From assembly GCA_964514965.1 (NCBI GenBank), contig CAZETV010000001.1, positions 723,063 to 755,062 of the forward strand: 32,000 nucleotides of DNA, given 5' to 3'. The DNA is from Candidatus Hadarchaeota archaeon. Its GTDB lineage: Archaea; Hadarchaeota; Hadarchaeia; Hadarchaeales; Hadarchaeaceae. Below are positions 25,573-32,000 of this stretch, piece after piece. Each line of letters starts with the position of its first letter. The stretch's first letter is position 1. The notes below the pieces were generated by a model. The model was not told where the DNA came from, made no database searches, and saw nothing but the letters and a program-made list of their open reading frames with translations. Made by a program: the position numbers and the translations under genes.

Positions 25573-26934
25573 GTAGATGTGCTCATTATTGGGGCAGGTC
25601 CCGCGGGGTTATTCGCAGCGTACGAGTTGTCAAAAAATTCTAAACTTTCCGTGACCGTTGTTGATTGGGGGCAGGAAATCAGGAAGCGCATCTGCCCTGC
25701 TGTTGAAACTGGAACATGCATAAGTTGCATGCCATGCCACATCATGTGCGGTCTAGGCGGTGCAGGAGGCATGTCGAGCGGTATCCTCAACCTTCGCCAC
25801 GATATAGGTGGAGATCTCAGCAAGCTCACGAAAAGTGCCCCAGAAGCCGAAAAACTCGTCAAGGAAGTGGATGACCTCTTTGTCAAGCATGGTGCCCCTA
25901 AGAAAGTCTACGGCACGAGTTCTAAAGAAGCAGAAGAACTCACGAGACGTGCAGCCGCAGCTGGCGTTCGATTCATACCAATCCTCCAGCGCCACATAGG
26001 CAGTGAGTACCTACCTGATCTCATCAACTCTTTCAGGAACACACTTGAAAAGCAAGGCGTAAAGTTCATGCCCAATTCAAAAGTCGAGCAAATCGGAAAA
26101 GGTGAGGTCGTCGTCAAAGGGAAACGGATTCACGCGAAGTACATTCTCGCAGCCCCGGGACGAGTGGGAGCTGATTGGTTTGCAGAACAAGCGAGAAATC
26201 TAGGGGTAAAGCTCACCCACGGCCCCATTGATATCGGGGTACGTGTAGAGGTACCAGCTGTTGTCTATGAGCCTGTCGTAAAGGTGAACCGCGACCCGAA
26301 ATTTCACATCCGCACAAAAACTTTCGATGATTTCGTCCGCACATTCTGCACTAATTCAAGGGGTTGGGTCATGGAGGAGCGCTACGACGACCATGTTGGC
26401 GTGAACGGGCAATCACTCCGCGCAAAGAAATCTCAAAACACAAACTTCGCACTTCTCGTGCACATCGAGCTCACGCAGCCGGTCACTGATACCACGGCCT
26501 ATGGACAATCGATCGCTTATCTCGCGACAACTATAGGTGGTGGACGTCCGTTGCTCCAACGCTTGGGTGATTTGCGCTCTGGAAGGCGGTCAACTTTGGA
26601 GCGAATTAAACGAGGGCATGTGGTACCAACTCTCTCAAGCGTGACCCCCGGCGATATCTCGATGGCTTTGCCGGGACGAATTGTGGGGGACTTGACCGAA
26701 GGACTCGACCGCTTGGACAAAGTCGTCCCTGGAGTAGCTTCAGATTCGACGTTGCTTTACGCTCCAGAAGTGAAGTTTTATGCTATGCAAATTACTGTCA
26801 ACAAAAATATGGAAACAAACGTTTCCAACCTCTTTGTCGCTGGCGATGGGGCCGGACTCTCACGAGGCATTGTCAACGCTGCCGCAACTGGTTTGCTTGC
26901 AGCTAGGGGAATAATCACCAAGGCCAAAAATTAA
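25573..26934 (+). CDS. FAD-dependent oxidoreductase (COG2509-like)
   Basis: VDVLIIGAGPAGLFAAYELSK, CGLGGAGGMSSGILNLRHDIGGDL, LFVAGDGAGLSRGIVNAAATGLLAARGI. The GTG at 25573 (VDV-MLII context) is likely the true start; the track lists 25579. Confidence 0.88.
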   Translation, partial: VDVLIIGAGPAGLFAAYELSKNSKLSVTVVDWGQEIRKRICPAVETGTCISCMPCHIMCGLGGAGGMSSGILNLRHDIGGDLSKLTKSAPEAEKLVKEVDDLFVKHGAPKKVYGTSSKEAEELTRRAAAAGVRFIPILQRHIGSEYLPDLINSFRNTLEKQGVKFMPNSKVEQIGKGEVVVKGKRIHAKYILAAPGRVGADWFAEQARNLGVKLTHGPIDIGVRVEVPAVVYEPVVKVNRDPKFHIRTKTFDDFVRTFCTNSRGWVMEERYDDHVGVNGQSLRAKKSQNTNFALLVHIELTQPVTDTTAYGQSIAYLATTIGGGRPLLQRLGDLRSGRRSTLERIKRGHVVPTLSSVTPGDISMALPGRIVGDLTEGLDRLDKVVPGVASDSTLLYAPEVKFYAMQITVNKNMETNVSNLFVAGDGAGLSRGIVNAAATGLLAARGIITKAKN

Positions 26935-27010
26935 AATTAATCTCCAACAACAATTTATTACACACCCATTATCCCTATTTAATCAGCAACCTTAGGGTTT
27001 TAGGAGTCTC

Positions 27011-28264
27011 ATGAAAACCATCGCCGTCTTTGCGCTCCTCTTATGCTTAACTGCCTCTGGCGCTCTTGCTCAGGAATGGCCTACCTCAGGGCACGATGCC
27101 CAGCGTACTGGCTATTCAACCTCCTCGGCCCCGGAAACCGATCAAATAGCATGGACTTTCAACGGTACCGGGGGCTTTTCTTCACCAACTGTCGCGGACG
27201 ACAAAGTTTTCATCGGGTCTGAAGATGGGTACATTCGCGCGATTAACGTGATTAACGGCAAGGAGGTATGGAACTTCAAAGCTGAGTCTGAAGTAGCATC
27301 GCCTACCTTTGCAGACGGGTGTATATACACGGGCTCCAGCGGCATGGTCTATTGTCTCGATGCGGTCACTGGCGAAAATCTATGGAGTTACCCGACTGAT
27401 GGTGCAATATATTCGGCACCAGCGGTTATCGATAACGTCGTCTACGCGACTTCGACCGATAATTATGTTTATGCTATTAATGCCACAAACGGGCAGCTCC
27501 TGTGGGAAAATAACCTCGGGAGTAAAATTACTTCCTCACCTGCGGTTACAAACGAGATAGTCTTAGTCAGCAAGTGGAATGGGCGTATATACGCATTACA
27601 CACGAGTGACGGGGCTGAGGTCTGGAAACGCCAATTGGTAGAACTGGGGACACTTGAAAACTACCCGATAATCTCGTCGCCGACAGTCGCTGAGGGACGT
27701 GTTTACGTTGGCTCAAATGATGGGCATCTCTACGTGCTGGACGCAACTACTGGTGAGAAACAGTTGGAGTTTGAGGCGGACAACCAGATTGAGTTCCCGC
27801 CCGCCGTCGTTGCCAGTGTAGTTTACTTCGGATCGAGTGATGGCTACGTCTACGCCCTTGACGCCCGCAATAACGCCGAAAATCGCGTACTTTGGAGCTA
27901 CTCTACTGGCAGCAGGATACAATCCTCTCCAGCAGTAGCGGATAACAAAATTTTCGTCATATCACAGAACGACTACCTCTATTCGCTTAACGCGCTTGAT
28001 GGAAATTTGATCTGGCGGCACAACATAGGAGAAGTAGAGAGCGCTTCACCAGCCATCGCCTATGGAAAAGTTTTCATCGGGACGAGCGAGGGCAAGCTCT
28101 ACTGTTTCGGAAGCTGGGGCCCGGTACTTGGGGATAGCACCGGAAAGGGTATAATTTACCTGTTTATCACCGCCTTGCTCGTGCTCGCGCTATGGTGGAT
28201 GGTCCGTCTGAAGCCGTCTTCCCCAAAGAAACACAGGAGAACTTCAAAGAAACTCAAAAAGTAG
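27011..28264 (+). CDS. Secreted/membrane-anchored PQQ-like beta-propeller repeat protein (BamB-like)
   Basis: 417 aa; N-terminal signal MKTIAVFALLLCLTASGALAQ; roughly 40-aa repeats such as SSPTVADDKVFIGSEDGYIRAINVINGKEVWNF; C-terminal TM IIYLFITALLVLALWWMV followed by basic residues. Confidence 0.9.
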   Translation: MKTIAVFALLLCLTASGALAQEWPTSGHDAQRTGYSTSSAPETDQIAWTFNGTGGFSSPTVADDKVFIGSEDGYIRAINVINGKEVWNFKAESEVASPTFADGCIYTGSSGMVYCLDAVTGENLWSYPTDGAIYSAPAVIDNVVYATSTDNYVYAINATNGQLLWENNLGSKITSSPAVTNEIVLVSKWNGRIYALHTSDGAEVWKRQLVELGTLENYPIISSPTVAEGRVYVGSNDGHLYVLDATTGEKQLEFEADNQIEFPPAVVASVVYFGSSDGYVYALDARNNAENRVLWSYSTGSRIQSSPAVADNKIFVISQNDYLYSLNALDGNLIWRHNIGEVESASPAIAYGKVFIGTSEGKLYCFGSWGPVLGDSTGKGIIYLFITALLVLALWWMVRLKPSSPKKHRRTSKKLKK

Positions 28265-28379
28265 TGGTGGGGTCGCCGAGATTTGAACTCGAGTCACCGG
28301 CTTTTCCGCGTTTCAGCGACCCGAAGCCGGCAGGTTGTCCGGGTTTTTAGCCCTATAGACCAGGCTACCCCACGACCCC
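28265..28379 (-). tRNA. tRNA-Pro(CGG) with two putative BHB introns and encoded CCA
   Basis: Exons 28379..28355, 28334..28320 and 28302..28265. Spliced: GGGGTCGTGGGGTAGCCTGGTCTAT-CCTGCCGGCTTCGGG-AGCCGGTGACTCGAGTTCAAATCTCGGCGACCCCACCA (78 nt). Perfect 7-bp acceptor (GGGGTCG/CGACCCC), 5-bp anticodon stem (CCGGC/GCCGG), T-loop TTCAAAT, G18G19, U33, anticodon CGG and G37. Intron 1 (20 nt) 28354..28335; intron 2 (17 nt) 28319..28303. Confidence 0.9.
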
Positions 28380-28403
28380 AAAGAAATTGAAATTCCACCG
28401 CAT

Positions 28404-29600
28404 TTACCTTTTGCTACTTGTTTTCAGTAACCGTTCGAGTTCTCGCTCAAGCGTTACCACCGGAATGTCGGGAACGCTTATCCGCTGGCTCTTCCCACGA
28501 TGCCTCTCGCCTGAAGGTTGAAGGTCTACTAAACCCAAACCTTCCATCCGATTGAGGTACTCCCAAAGCTGGGTATGCTTACGGGGCTCCTCATCATATT
28601 CCTCACAAACAACACGATAACTCTTTTCAGCCTCACCCGTCAGCGCATAGGCCAGCTTCGAAATCTTTAACTTCCGCGCTACAGCCAGCATAAACAGTTT
28701 CTCATGAAGTTGAAGATCACGAATCACCTCCCGCTTGACCTCGGGGTAAACCTCGGCCTTGGCCCGGCGCACATGCTCGGCCATTACCTCATCAACGTTC
28801 TCTCCATCTGCGGTCATACCAGCGCGCCAGAGAATTTCGAGTGCGAGTCGAGCATCGCCCCACCGCGCGGCTATGTCGGCGATGAGCGCTACAGTGTCCT
28901 CGTTGACTGCACCCACCTTAAACGCCTCGCGTATCCTATTATTGAGGATATCCACAAGCTGGGGAGCCGTATAGCGGTCAAGCGCCAGCACGTTATGCAT
29001 GAAGGTGCTTTGGGTTGCAGTGTCGAGCGAACGCAGGAAATTTTTGTCGCGCGCGATTGCCACAATGCTTATGCGGTTGAGCATCCCCGACTCCTCGGCT
29101 GTACGGGTTAGTGAATAAAGTAAGTCAGGCCCGTTGAGCTGGGCAAAGAAATCTAGCTCGTCTAAGGTTAGCGTGAGGTAGGCATCGTGCTTGTTAAGGT
29201 AATCCACTACCATATCGAGGAGCTTCTCTGGGCCCAATCCGCGGGCAGGCCAACGGGGATTGTAGTGCTGAACCAGCTTCATTAGCACCGCATAAGGTGT
29301 TCTGTCCTTACGGCAGTTGATGTGAAGATAACTTAGATTGAGTCCCCGTCCTTTGGCTGCGAGCTTGAGTTCTTCACCAAACCTCCGAGCAAGCACGGTC
29401 TTTCCTACTCCCACATTTCCCGTGACCAGCACACGTTGGCTCGCTCGGTCTTCTATGACCGGCTTAAAAATTCGTGTAAGATAGCGGAACTCCTCATCGC
29501 GGTGTACTAGAATGGGAGGCACGTAGTCGGGTAAGAGCTTGCTCGAATCGCGGAAAACCGACTCACGGCCAAGCTCCTCCTCAAAGATTTCTCCAAACAC
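28404..29600 (-). CDS. Orc1/Cdc6-type replication initiator-like AAA+ ATPase
   Basis: 398 aa; VLVTGNVGVGKTVLARRFGEEL (Walker A), LTLTLDELDFF (Walker B), LNRISIVAIARDKNFLRSLD (sensor 1 region), C-terminal winged-helix-like region. Confidence 0.85.
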   Translation of the reverse strand: MFGEIFEEELGRESVFRDSSKLLPDYVPPILVHRDEEFRYLTRIFKPVIEDRASQRVLVTGNVGVGKTVLARRFGEELKLAAKGRGLNLSYLHINCRKDRTPYAVLMKLVQHYNPRWPARGLGPEKLLDMVVDYLNKHDAYLTLTLDELDFFAQLNGPDLLYSLTRTAEESGMLNRISIVAIARDKNFLRSLDTATQSTFMHNVLALDRYTAPQLVDILNNRIREAFKVGAVNEDTVALIADIAARWGDARLALEILWRAGMTADGENVDEVMAEHVRRAKAEVYPEVKREVIRDLQLHEKLFMLAVARKLKISKLAYALTGEAEKSYRVVCEEYDEEPRKHTQLWEYLNRMEGLGLVDLQPSGERHRGKSQRISVPDIPVVTLERELERLLKTSSKR

Positions 29601-29647
29601 CGCTGTCCCTTTTCAGATTTATCTTGCTTGTATCATTAAAGCGCTAC

Positions 29648-31147
29648 CTAAGCCAGAAGCCAGATGTAGGCAGCAACCACGACCGCAGCGGTGAAAAGTG
29701 AGAAGACACACGCAACCTGAGACCAGCCCCACCCTCTTTTGTACCGCATGAATGAACCTGTTGCGATCGAGAGAACCACCGCCCCAGCGCTCATCACGAC
29801 AAATGCGGCTGAGAGCAGAAGTGACTCATAAGTTCTTGCCAAAGCTTCGATATCCTCGCCAGCCAATCGGCGGACGAGCTCAACCCCGAATAACTCGACT
29901 TGCCCCACTCTAGTTTTGTCGATAGCGTCAAGATTATCTGCTAGAGTGTGGGTCGGCCAGAGGATTTCCCCGTACTGCGGGTTAACCCAGTACACCCATG
30001 TTCCTGGAATTCCCTCGCGCGTGAAGCTCGCATAATCGCTATAGCCCCCAACATCTTGTGCGTACTCTAGTTGTACATAGAAGTCGAGGTTTTCTGCTAG
30101 CTCCTGAGCATAGTTATCCAACCACTCAGTTGTGGCTATCTCCCGTGAGCCCTTGAGGCCGACACGCAGCCCGTTCTCAGGACCGGGAGCGATCACATCA
30201 AAAACAACTGCGGCGATGATTTTGTTATCAACATGCTCGCGCACAAATGCCGTACTTCCCAGCAGACCGAGTTCCTCACTTCCAAAGGTTGTAAAAAGTA
30301 TGGTACGGGGGAGGTCTTCCATTGAGAGTACCCGAGCCATCTCGAGTACTACTGCGACGCCTGAAGCATCGTCGACCGTGCCGGGGGTCAGAACTGAATC
30401 GTGGTGTGCGCCAACAATTATAATCTCCTCGTTCTCGCCTGGCAATTTCGCCACAACGTTGCGAGATGTTGAGCGCTCAATCCTAGCACTCAATCGCAAC
30501 TCGACCTCAACTTTATCCTGCTCCAAGAGTTCGATTAAGCGCTGCGCATCCTCCCCAGAGATCCAGAACAAAGGTGCCCCAGGTGGGTCCGACCAAATCT
30601 CCGAATAGGGCGGCCAATTCTCAAAATAGGTCAACACTGCTAACGGTGGCAGGCCCACGAGCGTCCGGAGAAAATTATTTCCTTCGACTAGAATGTTTCT
30701 CTCTACCAAAATCACGCGCTCGCGCAATTGTTCTAAGTTTTCCGGTTTTTCCGTCACGCGCATAAGTTGTCCGGTGATGATGTTGTCCGTCGATGGGGAG
30801 TAAACAGCTGGTATGAAAGTTAAATCAAATTGCTCAGGCGAGGTCACGCGAAGCCAATTTTCCTCGACCACGTAAGAATTTTCTATGGTGAAGTTCTCAA
30901 TCCATGCCTCCAAGCCGTAGCTCTGGAACTCGTTCATGATGTAGCTAGCGGCCACGGCCTCAGCTTGAGTGCCAGCGAAGCGCGGGGCAATGCTGGTCAA
31001 GAACTCTATATGCCCGTAAACATTATCCTTAGAGACTTCGAGCTGTTGACTGTAAACTAGGGTTGATGTAAACAACACCCATATTAACACCCCGATTATC
31101 ACCAACTGGCCCACGACGGATTTTCTCGACAAACTCCTCGCCATCAT
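29648..31147 (-). CDS. Membrane-associated M28-family aminopeptidase
   Basis: 499 aa; VAKLPGENEEIIIVGAHHDSVLTPGTVDDASGVAVVLEMARVL, FTTFGSEELGLLGS, GYSDYASFTREGIPGTW; N-terminal TM and two C-terminal TM segments. Confidence 0.92.
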   Translation of the reverse strand: MMARSLSRKSVVGQLVIIGVLIWVLFTSTLVYSQQLEVSKDNVYGHIEFLTSIAPRFAGTQAEAVAASYIMNEFQSYGLEAWIENFTIENSYVVEENWLRVTSPEQFDLTFIPAVYSPSTDNIITGQLMRVTEKPENLEQLRERVILVERNILVEGNNFLRTLVGLPPLAVLTYFENWPPYSEIWSDPPGAPLFWISGEDAQRLIELLEQDKVEVELRLSARIERSTSRNVVAKLPGENEEIIIVGAHHDSVLTPGTVDDASGVAVVLEMARVLSMEDLPRTILFTTFGSEELGLLGSTAFVREHVDNKIIAAVVFDVIAPGPENGLRVGLKGSREIATTEWLDNYAQELAENLDFYVQLEYAQDVGGYSDYASFTREGIPGTWVYWVNPQYGEILWPTHTLADNLDAIDKTRVGQVELFGVELVRRLAGEDIEALARTYESLLLSAAFVVMSAGAVVLSIATGSFMRYKRGWGWSQVACVFSLFTAAVVVAAYIWLLA

Positions 31148-32000
31148 ACTCTCCCTGGCGGTGCGCCTCTAAATGCAATTTTGACCAATATGGGAGTTAT
31201 AAGCGTTGTCACGAGAACAATCATCACAGTTATCGAGAGCAACGCTGAATCAATAATCCCCGCTTCGGTTCCGATCGCGGCTATGACGAGCGCTATTTCC
31301 GCGCGAGGCATCATGCCTATCCCTACTCGAAGCGAATCCCTGCCGCTGAAGCCGCCAATGAATGCACCTATCCCACACCCAATTATCTTGGCAAAAATCG
31401 CTATACCAACCAAAGCCAGTGCTAAGAAGAAAACGCCAGCCAGTGCCCCAAAGTCTGTACGTGTACCCATCTCAACAAAGAAAAATGGGATGAAAAATCC
31501 ATACCCGATCGTAGATATCTTAGCCCTCAAAGACCCAGCCACGGGGGCTTTGCTGATTACCACCCCTGCAATGAATGCACCCGTAATTGCTGCGACACTT
31601 ACTTTCTCTGCAAATGCGCCTATCAAGAAGACTATGGCGAGGGCGATAGATAGGGTCACCTCTTCGACATGTAGTCTGCCCACGAAAGTTAGCACGCGCG
31701 GCAGTGTTTTAAAACCAACATAGATTATCGTCAGGAAGAAAATGATGACCAACGCTAAATTTTCTGCAAGCCCGAGGAAGGTGAGACCTCCGAATGCGAG
31801 GCCCGCCAGTACACTGAGGATGACAATTCCGATGATATCATCAAGAACCGCCGCGCCAAGTATAGTCATGCCGACGCGTGTATGAAGCCTGTGAACGTCC
31901 ATAAGCGTCCTAACCGTGATACCGACACTGGTTGCAACCAGAACGGCCCCCATAAATGCCGCTTGTATGAGAGTCCAGTTGAGCAGAAACGCGACCCCGA
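31144..32000 (-). CDS. Cation:proton antiporter (CPA2/KefB-like), N-terminus truncated by window edge
   Basis: The reading frame is open through 32000 (GVAFLLNWTLIQAAFMGAVLVATSVGITVRTLMD...). RVGMTILGAAVLDDIIGIVILSVLAG is the antiporter signature. 4-nt overlap with the peptidase gene. Confidence 0.9.
   Translation of the reverse strand, partial: GVAFLLNWTLIQAAFMGAVLVATSVGITVRTLMDVHRLHTRVGMTILGAAVLDDIIGIVILSVLAGLAFGGLTFLGLAENLALVIIFFLTIIYVGFKTLPRVLTFVGRLHVEEVTLSIALAIVFLIGAFAEKVSVAAITGAFIAGVVISKAPVAGSLRAKISTIGYGFFIPFFFVEMGTRTDFGALAGVFFLALALVGIAIFAKIIGCGIGAFIGGFSGRDSLRVGIGMMPRAEIALVIAAIGTEAGIIDSALLSITVMIVLVTTLITPILVKIAFRGAPPGRV

Noticed and set aside
30132-30608. 158-aa plus-strand Ser-rich ORF
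   Set aside because: Antisense to the M28 peptidase gene.
1-32000. CRISPR arrays, long tandem repeats, IS elements, toxin-antitoxin or defence islands
   Set aside because: No regularly spaced repeats, terminal inverted repeats, transposase motifs or recognisable defence genes were seen on reading the window and ORF translations.

Overview
This is a gene-dense archaeal chromosomal window. I see no CRISPR array, transposase, integrase or toxin-antitoxin pair. Diagnostic genes: TFB (truncated at the left edge), rpoK, thermosome, FEN1 with a C-terminal PIP box, archaeal DnaG primase, pelota, an Orc1/Cdc6-type ATPase and RimI. A scattered lipid/envelope set is also present: geranylgeranyl reductase, a Tes-like radical SAM protein, CarS, a SEC59/DGK-like kinase, PAP2, three glycosyltransferases, an AglD/UPF0104-type flippase-like protein and a DedA/VTT protein. 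The supplied ORF track misses several features that I read directly from the sequence. These are (1) a tRNA-Pro(CGG) on the minus strand, interrupted by two putative BHB introns of 20 and 17 nt; (2) rpoK, whose only reasonable start is a non-canonical ATT preceded by a well-spaced GGAGG; (3) a COG1658-like TOPRIM protein split by an apparent -1 frameshift; (4) two small zinc-binding proteins; (5) a coiled-coil/proline-rich small ORF without a canonical start. The best candidates for unfamiliar biology are a small Zot/HerA-like ATPase directly upstream of pelota, a protein pairing a CxxC element with an MCM-C-terminus-like winged helix, and a perfect 10-bp inverted repeat just upstream of the dnaG start codon. 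I did not find a convincing new multi-gene defence or mobile system.
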